A stretch of DNA of 52,259 nt, filler included, from Jimgerdemannia flammicorona (lineage: Eukaryota): NCBI GenBank assembly GCA_003990765.1. It is 2 parts of 2 records of this genome, joined end to end, with 100 filler letters (N's around TTAATTAATTAA, not from the genome) between each part and the next. Parts side by side here need not be neighbours in the genome. Positions count along the whole stretch, not along the records: positions 26,181 to 52,259 come from RBNJ01000765.1; 1 more part is not named here. The stretch is one strand, 5' to 3'. A program made the position numbers and the translations under genes. Below are positions 26,181-38,992 of the stretch, one piece after another; position 1 is the first letter of the stretch, and each line of letters begins with the position of its first letter. The notes beneath the pieces were generated by a model. The model searched no databases, was not told the origin of the DNA, and saw nothing but the letters and a program-made list of their open reading frames with translations.

Positions 26181-29100
26181 CTCAAATATATACAGCCAGT
26201 ATCCTGCTAGCCCTACCCATATAGCCAGCACCCATCCTAAAGTAAGTCATTCTCTTCCAACCCCTCTTACCAATCTATCTCACAGATCCTCCTACCAATC
26301 CCTCATACCATCCCCCCTCTGCATAATATCCAATCTCTTCTCAACTGCTATCTAAAAGTTACTGAGCACCTCATACTCCTCTAGCTACACTCTATCAACT
26401 ACTCCCCACCAAAAGCTCTTAAACTGCAGTCTCTGAATTCCATTGAGCCCTACCAAAGAGAGTAGATCTCCTGAGGACCCTTGGGGGGAGGTTCTCATCT
26501 CCCACACCTTCTGCAGCAGAGACACCCAACCCCCTCCTTGCAGTTCAGTCACTCTCTTCAATCACTAGGTTTACAAGTAGTGCAACCTCTTAGGGAAATC
26601 CACAAGGCCAAGACCTCCATGGACCACCAGTGTTGCAAGAGTATCCCAACTGATCTGGGACCTCCTCCTTGCCCAAATCCAATCCCTAGCCACCTTTGTC
26701 AGCCTCTTCACCACCCAAGCTGGGAAGTCCAGGTGGTAGGCTACATACCATAGCTTGGGAAATCAGTATATATTCAGAATTGATACCTGCCCTGCTAGAG
26801 AGATATGATGGCCTCTCTAACCTCGAAGGGCCTCTCCCCAAATAGCCACCCTGCTCTCCCACCACACTCATGGCAAGACAGAGCCATATACAGAGAGGAA
26901 GATGCCCAGATACCATACTACCTCACCAGTAGGGACAATTGTTCCAATAATGTCCCCACCCACCAGTCCATTCTCTAGCACCATAGTCTCACACTTATAC
27001 CAGTTGAGCTTTGCCCCAGAGTGATTCTCATACTATTCCACCATCTCCTTAAGTGCCTCAACATCTGCCACAGACTTAAGGCCAACTACCATATCATCTG
27101 CAAAGGCTCCCACCTTCCACACTATGCTATAGATAGAGAGCCCTACCACCTTCTGGCGAATCCTATCCATCAATGGTTCCAATGAGATGGCATAAAGAAT
27201 AGGTAACAGGGGGTCCTTCTGAGAAACCCCTCTTCTCAAGGTAAATGCCAGACCATAGTGACCATTACACATCAGTGCTGCCTGACTGCCCTCTAGCAGA
27301 CTCAACATAGAAATCTGAAATCCTGGAGGAACACTAATATGATCCAATACCTTGCCCAGCCAGATCCACTGGACCCAGTCATAGGTCTTCTTCTGGTTCA
27401 AGAAGATCAACCTTCTATCCAGGCCACAAGCCCAGGCCCCTTCAATGATACCATGCACTCATGCAGTCTCATCTCTTATAAGTCTGCCTCCAACAAAGCC
27501 CTACTACTCCCCCCCCAGCACCTGTTGGGCAACCTTCTGTAGCCTTGCAACAACCACCTTAGTCACCATCTTTCTGTCTATGTCCAAAAGCATGATCAGT
27601 CACCAGTTCTTCCAGTCTTCTCTCCTCCCCTTGTCTTTGTACAATAAAGTCACCAGCCTGAGGTCCTGCTCTCCAACCCACTCACCACTCTGAAGAACAT
27701 GATCACAGAGAGCAGTCATCTCACCTAAAATGCCAGGGACCTTAACCATCTTCTTCCAGAAGTCCCATGGTAGTTCATCCTCCCCTAGTACTGTTCCAGT
27801 TTTAGTTGCTGCAAGGACACTCTGGACCTCCTCACCTTGCACTGGCAAGGCCAAGTCATCTAGTTCAGCCACTTACAGTGGCCTCCATTCTCCTAATGAA
27901 TCTTCATTAGCACCCCCTTCTTCCTCACTCTACAAACTCTACTATCTCTCTTTCAAAACCCCTAAGATTTATTGTGTGCCATGTACCATATCCCAATTGG
28001 CATCTAGGACTCCATCCCACCAATGTCTCACCCTCCTAGCTTTGAGCAGATGGGATAAATATCTAGTAGGCCACTCACTCTCCTCAAGCCCCTGCCACCT
28101 TAGCCTAGCAGCCATATCTCACATACACACCTCCTCCTCTTCTCTCAATATCTGTTGCAGTTCCATTATCTCCAATTTAATCTGTGCTAACCTCCAATCC
28201 TCCACCCCATCAGAAGTGAGCAAACCTGCCCAATCCATTTGCAATCTCCTCAGCCTGTTGAAAGTATACCTTGTGCACTTCCTCCTCTATCTCCCAGCTT
28301 TTCTCCCAGCTCCTCCCCAATAGACCCTTACAGCCTCTTTCAATCTCATCCAACAGACACCCACTAACAAACCCTCACACCTCCAGTAAGAAACTTTCAC
28401 CTGAATGTCCTCTATCTATGAATCCCACAACCCCTTCTCAGCCAGCAGGGAGGAGTTAAGGCACTAATGTCCAGGTCCATCTCCACTTCCCCCAAATTGC
28501 CCCTGTCTTAATAGTCTCCAGTGATCAGACCATGGGCACCATTCTACCTCCAATACCTTCCAGACATCAGACCCCCAGCATTCTGCTATCAGAATCCAGT
28601 CAATCCTTGTACCTAAGCCATTCATCCAATATGTGTAGACCCTGGAGTTGCCCCATTGTGTTCTGCTCATATCTCCTAAGGAGCTCAGCCACTCCACCTC
28701 CTCACATGCATCCAGGCCTCCACTTCTCCCTCCTGAACTCCTCCCACCATCAGTTCAGTCCAGATGCTGATCCTGAACCATATTAAAGTTCCCCTCAAGC
28801 ACATCAACCCCTTCTGCCAAGAGAATACCCTCCTCCAGCAGCTCCTTAATCTATGCAATCCTCTCACCCCTAACTGTAGGGCAGTAGCAAGAGCCAACCC
28901 TCACTGTCTCCCACTCCGGCTGATGCCAATCTCCCCAGACCAAGTGATCACCCTAGCTCCCAATACCCCCCAAGTCTCCTCTACCCTTCCTCATCAGAAT
29001 CGCTACTTTTTCAAACTAAGCAGTAGCCCTACCCCATTCCCTAGTCCACTCAACCCAATTGTCCTCATCCTCACACCAAACATTCTACAGTAAAAAGAGA

Positions 29101-31230
29101 TTGGCCTCCAATCTCTTGAGCCAATTAAAAATGTCCTTATGCTGCCCAGATCCCTTAGCCCATTCACATTTAAAGAGAAAATATTGGTTGTACTGTTCAT
29201 AAGAGAAAAAAGTTGTATTATGAACCCATCCTCTACAATTCTGCATCCTGCTCCTCCTGCAACAAATCCAAGTTATGATCAGCAGCTAGTTCTCTTTCAC
29301 CAGCTTTCTGTGCCTCCAACCCTCCCAGAAGTTCTACCATTGCCCCATCCTCTCACTCCTCAAAGTCCTCATGATATTCCAGACAGGCCTCCTACCAGAA
29401 TCACAAACCATACTGCTCTACCCAACAGTATACCACCCACTCACCAGCGACCACCACCAGCTTGGCCCTCCTCACCTCATCAACCTCATACATATCCCTC
29501 CTCCAGGAAAATCAAAAGAATCTCCCCCTTCAGTGCCTCCACCACTCCCTTGCCATGCAAAATCTATGCCCAATGCTTCTCAGGCATTACTCACAGGTTC
29601 ACTTCCCCCAAAGTCTCAGCCATGAGGTTATCCATCACCTTGCTCATCTACAGTAAGTTCCCCACCTCCTTCCCTCTTGGAGTCCCCAGCCATCTTACAT
29701 CCAATATCATAGTATCAGCCCCTATACTGGCAACCTCATCCCACTCCTCCTCAGGGATATCCACCAGCTCATCCTCACCAACTGCTACCACCTGACCCCC
29801 TTTTTCCACATCAGGGACTCCAAAGTGCACTTGCTGGGCCCCCTTCATCGGTATATCCTCTGTTGTCCATCTCTTTCCAGCCAGGCCCCTCCTGATAAGA
29901 GGGGGGGGGGTTGCATCCAGCTCCTGCTCCCAGACCTCAAAAGTGCTGTCAGTATAGAGATCCTTGCTCAGCATCTTTTCAGTCCCTTCCTTATCTGCCT
30001 CCACCTCCCCAATCCCTTTACTCACCCAAATACTGGCTTTGACACCCCCAGACCCTTCAGCTCCCACTGCCTTCTGCTTTACCCCTACTTTCATACTTGC
30101 AAGTAGCTCTCTCTGCTTCCTGTGCCCCTGTGCCCACTCTCACTACTTCCTGTCAGTATGGATGCATTTCTCATCCACAACCTCCAGATGCGTCAACTCC
30201 TCATATATCTTCCAGGCCCTTGCCCTCCTCTCCACAGCTCCACTCATCTCCTCTAGTATCTCCAACAAGTCCTCCTCCTCCTTCTCACTCCCCTTCACCC
30301 TTGACACCTTACAGATGAACACCCCCAACATCAGTACAGAAGGCCAGTCACTTGCCTTCCCCATGGCCTCCTAGTCCACCAGCCGAAACCTGACATCAAT
30401 GTCACCCATTCTGATCATTGTCCCCTCCCACACCTGAAAGCTGATGTCCACTACATCACTATACTCAATCATCACCTCCTCCACTCTCTTCCTAGTCTCC
30501 TCCTTAGTCACAGTGGGCACCCCCTTCACCAGAAGCTGCACCACCCTGGGGTCTCACCACAAGCACTACACCATGGGGACTACCACCTCCCCAACCATAA
30601 CTCCAGTCTTCAGTACCTCATCCAGTGGGCCTGCCTCCTCAAAGCCCACCTTGACCCCCTCCAGACCCTTCAAGAACTTCACTGAGACTGCCCCAGCCAC
30701 CTGCTTTGAAACAAGCCCCAGAACCATTCTCACCATCACTGCCAAGCCCCAGAAGTATAAGGTCACTGCAAACTCTGAGATCGACTTCTTGAGCAACAGG
30801 GTCACCACCAGCCCCGTTACACCATCTGCCAGGTCCCCCTTCTACATCAGGAACCCCTGCCCCACCTGGTCATCAGCTGTCATATCTTCTTTTTTTTCCT
30901 GATTCCCTGTCACACTCCTATCAACAGTCATACCCTCAGCAACAGCACCTCTAGCCCCTACACCTGTACTCCCAGCCAGAGCACCACCCCCTCTCTCAAG
31001 GCTCACCTTGCCCTTCCCCTCAGCAGCACCAGCCCTAGTACCAGCCAGCCACCCACTCCCCTTAACCTTATCTACAAAGCTCAGGAGACCAGATCTTCTC
31101 CCATTGCCACCAGACACCAGTCCCCCTCCAGAGCCTTCTCCACTCTTTGGCCCTCTGAAGACCCCCATCTCCAGGCCATAACCCCTCCCCACCTGCTGCC
31201 AGTCAAAGGCCCTAGATCCACCCAACCTAG
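26181..31230 (-). mobile_element. Near full-length decayed L1/Tx1-like LINE: ORF1 region about 31230-29260, ORF2 (APE endonuclease + RT) from 29200 towards the gap
   Basis: MNSTTNIFSLNVNGLRD, GNFN, TRIDWIL and WSDH (APE). FLNQKKTYD, GVSQKDPL and AFADD (RT). The 5' boundary is approximate. Confidence 0.88.
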
Positions 31231-31509
31231 TATGTGCACCTGTATGTTCATTGCTTTCCATATTACTAGTTGCTTTTTACCAAAAATATTGTCGAAAGTG
31301 TTGTCTGAGTCTTGTGTCACCTGAATGTTACTGGTGAAAGGTATGCACCAATGTGGAGGCATGCATGGTATTCACCAATATGTTTCATACAGTACATTCG
31401 AATAGAATGAGGGCATCATCTATATAGTACATAACTATCTACAATTCTCTTATACTAGTTTTCATCATCTTCTTTCATAGTATTGACCTTTTGAATGGGA
31501 GGTTTGTTG

Positions 31510-31905
31510 GTAGATCCAAACCCTTTCTTGCCACAGTTTATCTGGAAGAGTTTGGGGACTTCTTCAATAGTGAGATCTTGATGGATTTCTTCAATAATTA
31601 CTTGGGCAATTCTTTGGCCTGTTTTGACTTCAAATGATATATCTTCAAAATTTCATAAGATGACATGGATTTCACCAGTAAATCCTTGGTCAACTACTCC
31701 TCCTCCTAGCCCAATGTTGAACTCTTTGGCTAGGCTACTTCATTCAGCAAGATGGATGTATGTACCTCTGGGAGCTTGCATTGCAATTCCTGTTTGTACT
31801 GTAGCATTAGTACTTAGTGGGATAGTGAGGTCTTAGCTACTGTAGAGATCATATCCAGCATCAGTTGGGTGGGCCTTAGTGGGGATGGTAGCCTTATACC
31901 ATATC
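31510..31905 (-). pseudogene. Retrotransposon dUTPase domain directly after the gag zinc knuckle
   Basis: AGYDL (motif 1), *SSLA (motif 2), GVVDQGFTGEI (motif 3), RIAQVII (motif 4), KGFGST (motif 5). Confidence 0.85.
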
Positions 31906-33874
31906 TTCTGTACTTTGATAACATTCTCAGGGTTCTTCTTTCCTGGACCTTCTCTAATGACAGTAATGTTCTGATTACTGGGTTCACCTGTTCTGTTCTT
32001 CTTCTCAGGGCATCTGAATGAGATGTGTCCTGCCTTCTTGCAGATGAAGTACAATTCTTTTTTGCAGAGCTGCTTCTTTTTATCCTCAGTGGGAGGTCTG
32101 GGTCCTGTGGGGTTTCACTGATTCCTTTGATCATATCTTTGATCATATCTTTGATCATTCCTTTGATCATTTCTCCTGGTAGGATTTCTTCTATCTTGGT
32201 TATCCTTCTTGTATTCTTGATTTTGTAGGGCTTATGCAGCAAGAATTCCACAGGCTCTTCTTTGTACTTGGGCAAAATACTATGAGTAGTGGGGACATCC
32301 TTGGAGAAGACCTTATTCCTTGATCTTCTGGGTGAGCCAGTCTGGTAGGGCTACAAACAGGTGGTTGGCTCTAGTACCATTGATGGCCAAATTGTTCTCC
32401 TGGTAGGTAAGTCCAATGGTTTTAAGGTGGGCATCTATTCTGGTGACAAAGGTCTCTAGATCCTCTTTGCCATTCTTGTGAAACTTCATTTAGGACAGTT
32501 TGTTCCAAGTTTCTTGTATGTAGGCCACATTTTGGAATTTGGTCAGTAGCAAGGCCTTGAGTCCTGGGCCTACTTCGTAGTCATCCCAACCTGGTCTATT
32601 GTTGGTAGAAGCTTGTCCAATGACTTGGGGGCAGATTTCCCAGGTTACTGGGTGTTGTTCCAAGGTTCACCAGAATTCGGCTGCTGTTCCAGTAAAGAAT
32701 GTGACTACTGTTTCCACTTGTGCTACTGATGTGACAAACAGCTGTTGAAGGGTACTGTTCTGGTTGTTGGTGAGCATTTCTATAGATACTCGGTTATTAT
32801 TCTATTGATTTGCTTGGTAGCCTGTGTCAACTACATTGATGAAGTTTTCAATATCGCTGTTTTTTCTACTGAATGTTGGTATTTGCAAGGTCTTGGTTGG
32901 CTTGTTCTATTCAGCAATCTGCCCTACTATCCCTGCTAGTGCCACTAGCTGGGTAGTCAGTACTACAATGTTGATATCTACTATTGTGTTGACTATTGGT
33001 GGTGGATCTGTTGGGGTAGATTCTCCTGAAGCTTGATCTACTTGGTGGGGTTATAGTGCTGTATAGCTTAGGGTTACTTGATTCCCAGATATCAGATCAA
33101 AGAGTCCTGTGAGAGAGGGTAAACCAAACATCTGTATAGATGACTGAGTTGGTTCTGGGGTCTGATCTTCTTGACCTGTGGTTCCTTGGTAAATTCCTAG
33201 GCCTGCTGTTCCTTGTTGGCTATCATCAGACTGGTAACCTGTAGAGTCTTTGTCTGACTCCCTTCCCTGATGAGGTAGTATATCCTTGTACTGACTAGGT
33301 CCTTTGAAGAGGATATCAGTCTCTGGCTGGATAGATGGGCCTGCTTCTTATTCAGTAGTAGGGGATGGTTGGTCTGCTTGTTTGTTCTCATACCTGGTTA
33401 TAGCAGAGGCATAGTATACAACTAGCCTGTAGTAGAGGGAGGTCTTGGTAGGGGTATGATGATATCTGTCAGAGGCAATCCACTTGGCAGCTGCTTCTCT
33501 TGCAACAGGAGGTGTGATATAATCTAGAAAATCCTGGGTGGCTGTAGCAGTAGATTCTGGAGTCCTATTGGTTCCAATGTATCCTCAGAGGAGTTCATAA
33601 AACCTATGGTGGCTAACAATATTCCTAAGTCCTGGGTGGTATGTCCTAAAGACCTGGTATAGATCCTTATAAACCTGGTCAATTACAAGCTAGTGGGTCC
33701 TTGGATCTGTGGTTTCCTGGTACCACCTGGTCCTAATGACAAGGGCTTCTCTGGCTCTGGTTTGAGGATCCACAGTTGTTTCTGGGGGTTACTCCTGTCC
33801 AAGGTTGGTCTTGTTCCAACTTCAGGAGTGTATTCTTTGGTACCTTCTTGGCTGGTAAACCACTACTACCAAGT

Positions 33875-34649
33875 TGTAATAACTCTCACTTCTACCCCTC
33901 TCTTATCCTTTGGATAATTAGGGAAGTAGACTATTACTTAGGAACTTAGTATACAATGTGTACCAAGAAGCCTTCAGTTTGAGGAAGTGCTTTCTTATAA
34001 GTAGTTATAGCAGCAGTGTCTTCTATTTCAAAGGTCTTTCTCTAGTTTGTTTTCTGTTTCAAAGATCTTTCTCTTATGCCCTATTTCAAGGGTCTTGTTT
34101 CTTACTGTATACAGACTGAATTTGTCTTGGAATTCAGGTTCAATGGGTTTACTTAAGTCTTTGGGGATTTATATACCAGTCTCAGTTCTGGCAGAAGTTA
34201 GCTAGGCTTCTGGCGTTTAGTTAGAAATACTAGAGTCACTTAGATATCATTACTAAGACTCAGGGGAATGTGTGTGTAGGGGGGGGACTTGATTCTTATA
34301 TTAAGGACTGAACTAAAACTGCTTTATTTCAGATGGAAACTGGGGGGTATTTATACAAGTTAGTCTGTGATTTCTGACTAAGTATGAGTGACTAATTTGG
34401 TAACTATAATGAGGTTTGTGATTAGGACCTCAATTACTAGGCAATGATCAGCAGCTGTAGCAACTGTTGCTGTGGCACCAATTGTTGGGGATAAGCTGGA
34501 TATCATTTTCCATATCGTTTCACATCATTCATCATTTGTTATTCGTAATATCATATGCTGTGCTTTGTTCATATGATGATGTCATCACTTGCCGGGTCAT
34601 GTGATTGTTCATGATCACTCGTTGTGTTCTATCTGTCCACTCTATTACA
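33875..34649 (-). repeat. Gypsy 5' LTR (775 bp)
   Basis: Perfect 7-bp terminal inverted repeat TGTAATA...TATTACA, followed on the minus strand by TGGTAG. Its right part is homologous to 2137-2426. Confidence 0.7.
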
Positions 34650-34848
34650 ATGAACAGTCTACATATTTTATCAATCAACATCAATGGATTGCAGGATAGT
34701 GTTAAGAGATGGTGGCTTTTCAGATAGCTTAAAGTCAGAAGATATGATGTGGTATTTCTTCAGAATATTTGGGCTTATGGTAAATCAGACTATGAGATAT
34801 GGAGTAAAGAATGGTATGGCAGAGCAGGTTGGAATAAGCAGGTGGGCA

Positions 34849-36199
34849 CATCTCTCTCCGGTACAATTCATATTACACAAACTTCAAGCAATAGTTTTAT
34901 ATACAACTTGGAGAAACAAACATGGGCAACATGGGCAACATGGGCAAGACAGGCAAGATGGGCAAGATGGGCAAGATGGCAAGACAGCAAGACAGGTGAT
35001 ATGGGCAAGACAGGCAGATGGCAAGACAGGCGATATGGGCAAAATGGGCAATATGGGCAATATGGGCAAGATGGGCAAGATGGGCAAGATGGGCAATATG
35101 GGCAACACGGGCGGGCAACATGGGCAATATGGGCAACATGGGCAACATAGGCAGGCAAGATGGGCAAGATGGGCAAGACAGGTAAGTGGCAAGATGGGCA
35201 AGATGGGCAAGATGGGCAAGATGGGCAAGATGGGCAAGATGGGCAAGATGGGTAAGACGGGCAAGACAGCAAGATGGCAAGATGGGTGACATGGGCAAGA
35301 TGGGCAGACAGCAAGACAGGAGACATAGGCAAGATGGGCAAAACAGGCAAAATAGGCAAAACAGGCAAAACAGGCAAAACAGGCAACACGAGCAATACAG
35401 ACAATACTGGCAATATGGGTGGGCAACATGGGCAATACAGGCAGGCAATACAGGCAACACGGGCAACATGGGCAGATAATACGGGCAACACAGACAACAC
35501 GGGCAACATGGGCAATATGGGCAACACAGGCAACATGGGCAGGCAAGATGGGCAAGAAGGGCAAGATGGCAAGATGGGCAATATGGGCAAGACAGGTAGA
35601 TGGCAAGACAGGCGACATGGGCAAGATGGGCAAAACAGGCAAAACAGGCAAAATGAGCAACATGGGCAATATGGGCAATACAGGCAACACAGGCAATATA
35701 GGCAACATGGGCAGGTAAGATGGGTAAGATAGGCAAGATGGGCAAGATGGATAATATGGACAATATAGGCAAGACAGGCAAGATAGGCAATACGGGCAAT
35801 ATGGGTGGGCAATATGGGTAACATGGGCAACACAGGCAACATGGGTGAGTAAGACAGGTAAGACAGGCAAGATGAGCAAGACAGCAAGATGACAACATGG
35901 GCAATATGGGCAGGCAAGATGGGCTAGAGGGGCAAGACAGGAGGCACTAATAGGGATAGGTCAGGTGCACTAGATGCCAAGTACTTGAGGTGGTTGGGGC
36001 TCACAACCCATACCCACTAGGTGGGACAGGCTGGGTAGGAGGATCTAGTTACTCAGGCAATGAGGTCGCAACTTATACCCTAAAGGTGCAAGGCTGGGAG
36101 TGGGTTGAGATTGGAGTAGAATAGGACTACTGATGTTGTATGAGAATATGTGGCATGTTATAGATAGTTAATAAATGATTCACACTACAAAAAAAAAAA
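34849..36199 (+). mobile_element. Non-autonomous poly(A) retroposon carrying a 9-bp tandem repeat, with a 16-bp TSD
   Basis: AATAAGCAGGTGGGCA is duplicated at 34833-34848 and 36200-36215. AATAAA at 36170 and A-tail at 36189-36201. Confidence 0.8.
34921..35925. repeat. Degenerate 9-bp minisatellite, consensus ATGGGCAA(G/C/T), about 1 kb
   Basis: Tandem units ATGGGCAAG, ATGGGCAAC and ACAGGCAAA are visible directly. Confidence 0.95.
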
Positions 36200-36937
36200 A
36201 ATAAGCAGGTGGGCATCTTGGTTGGTGTAGGCAAAGGCAAGCTGGTAGAGATAGAGATCTATGGTGACAGATTGATTTAGGGAAGACTAAAAGGAGGGGC
36301 AGGTGATGGTTTGACAGTTGGATTGATTTACCTCCCTGCAGTTGGCAGAGAGTGAAAACAATGGGTTGAGAGAAGGTAGGCATAGGATGGTCAGGAGGTA
36401 GTTGCTTTGGACATTCTGGAGTGGGACTTCAATATGGTGTAGAGGAGGAAGAAGGCCCAGCAGGAGCCAAGAGAGCGAACCCAGAGCCAGTGTCAAAGCG
36501 AACAGAAGATATGTGGGAGAGCGTATATAAGGGGGACGAACAAAGAATGTAACCAAAAATGCATCAGCTGTTTATTGCCACATAAAAACGCGGTCCTTAT
36601 ATACAAAATATGACATCCCAAAAGGAAGGATGTGCCACAACTTGGGCCAAACCAAATTAGGAACCACATGACTGCCGGAGATAGGCAGAGATAAAGGGGG
36701 AGCCAATCCTAGTTGCAGGATAAAAATCACAAATAAACACAAACAAAACAAATACAAATCGAGATTAAAAAACATCCACAGACCCTGGAGGGGTGAGCAC
36801 AAGCGAGGGGTGAGGCCGAAACGGAGCGAGCCACAGCGAGCCTAAGTGAAGCGAGGGGCCGAAGGTAGCAGAGGGGAGCGGAGTGAGGCCAAGACCCCAG
36901 AGTGAGTGTGAGACCCCGGAGGGGGCAAGGATGTTTT

Positions 36938-38992
36938 TTAATCCTCTCTGGCAGAATCAGAGGCACCAGAAGGTGACGAAAACACAAAACGAGAGTGATG
37001 GATTGAAGAGGAAATAGAAGGAAGATGCGAACGAGCAATCAGAGGGCATTGGGAAAGAGATGAAAGTCCATGGCATGAAAGAGAAGAGCACAGGATGGTA
37101 TCAGGGCATTGAGCAACCCAGCAAGCATGATCAAATGGTACGACAAGAATCAGGGGTGGGAAAGAAGAGGGGGTATAGAGAGGGTAAGGGAGGAGAGAGG
37201 GAAGGGAGGGGGGATAAAGAGGAGAGAGTAGGGTAGAGCGAACAACAGACTATTCAACAGAAGCAAGCAGATCATGAATGATAGAAATAGGGTAGGCATG
37301 ACAATGAACCATGAAGTTGCCAAGAACCTGAACAGCAGACACCCAATCAGAACGACAGGAGTAGCATAATGCAAGATGATGAGCCTCACCCCTAATGCAA
37401 TCAAGAAGAGTGTGATGAGGATGATTGGACAAGAAGTCAGGGAACTGTTAGGAATGGGGAAAATGAGAATAAACAACAGTTCAGAAAGAAGAAAGAGAAA
37501 TGGAAAGGTCCAAAAAGGGAATACTAGTCATACTGCACACCCAGGCAATAGAATGATGGGGAGAGTAGACACCCAGGAACACACTAGGGATATCAACACC
37601 AGCAACAGTGAAGACAATAAAGTCATCAATGTATCAGTGAAAGAAGATATCCCCAGCCCGGAACACAATGGAAAGAGGTGAAGTGATATCACATAATACA
37701 TACAATTCGTGGGCCAGGCCAATGAGGTTGGCAAGAGTAGGGGCATAATTCATTTCCATGGCAATATCAGAAGTCTGGTGAAAGGAGCCAAGGGCTGACT
37801 CAAAATAATTAGAGCCACAGACAAAGAGCATAAGCTCAACAATGGAAGCCAATGAAACTGGGGAATCCAAAGGAAAAACAATGGAACCCAAGAAGTGAAG
37901 GCAAGCATTGATCTCATCAAAACGAATAGCAGTATAAAAGGAGGAGAAATCACCAGAGGCCAAGTGGGAAAAATGGTGAACAGGTACAATGGTGGAGCAG
38001 AGAAGGGTGAGCTCCTGAGTATCACGAAGAATGGTATACTCAGGCCCAAGACAGTGTTGTAAGAGAGCCATCCAGGAGAGAAAGAAGTGAGATAATCACT
38101 TCGAAATCTCGGTGGTAGGAGAACTGTAAGCAGCTGTAATAGGATGCCAAGCCAAAGTAGGCTTGTGAACTTTAGAAAGAGCATAGAAAACCAGAAGAGA
38201 AATATCCGGGGAGGACAAAGAGACCTGGAAGAAGTTAAAAATGGGGTTCACGAACAGAGAATCCGAAAGTGATCTAGTATGAGCCAGAGATACCCGAAGA
38301 AGAGTGAGAACCTCATCCAATCCAAGAGCACTAGGCTTGTAAGCCGTGGCTTGAAGGAGGGCAAAAAGGCCATCAAGGTAGAGCAACTTAGGAATAAGTG
38401 CAAAACCCTGATTCTTATCAGTGACTGTGAGCAAATACATAGGCAATTGCTTGACCGATTTAAGCATGGTACACACAGCATGGTCCAAAACCAAGCAAGA
38501 GCAAGCATGTCCAGGAACGGACAATGAGCAAGCCATGTCGAGGAATATGCAGTGTGAAGAGACATTGGGAGAGGGGACCCAATCACTAGGAACAAAATAG
38601 CGAGAGGGCATCTCACCATGATATTGAAAGAAAATGGCAAGGTCAAGAGCATGATGAAAGCATGTGAGACGAGCTGGATCGGTGAAGGAGAATTGTGAGA
38701 GAGTCGCAGAAAAAACAAAGCAAGAACCCAAGGATAAGGCAAAGACTTGAAGGAGAGAAAGGGGGCAGTCAGCCGAAGAAAAAGGAGGAGACAAAAGAGT
38801 TCCAAGAGAAGAATAAACCTGAAAATTCGGGACAAGCAACTGGGAAAGGCAAAGGGGGGACAACATGAGGAACCACTCAGGGCGCACCAGAAGCGATGAC
38901 GGAATCTGAGAAGGGATGGGGATACCGGGGGAGAACCACACTGGGGGGAAGTTTAAGAGCAGGAGGCCTTCTCCTTCTCTCTGACTTTTTTT
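36938..38992 (-). pseudogene. PLE reverse transcriptase, copy 1 (decayed)
   Basis: ORF pieces 38096-39022, 37634-38071 and 37250-37432 carry PLE RT and thumb motifs. Confidence 0.85.

Larger units (their letters stand above)
31231..34649 (-). mobile_element. Ty3/Gypsy 5' half: 5' LTR, PBS-like TGGTAG (about 33860-33871), gag with CCHC knuckle (about 32010-32055), dUTPase; interrupted by the LINE
   Basis: Gag-like FFTGTAAEFW..LKALLLTKF, knuckle YFICKKAGHISFRCP, then PTKAHPTDAGYDLYS. Confidence 0.8.

Noticed and set aside
34868..35917. Long minus-strand ORFs rich in CPS/LPI/AHL
   Set aside because: Artefacts of a stop-poor 9-bp repeat.
34921..35925. CRISPR-like array
   Set aside because: Head-to-tail 9-mers with no unique spacers, in a eukaryotic context.
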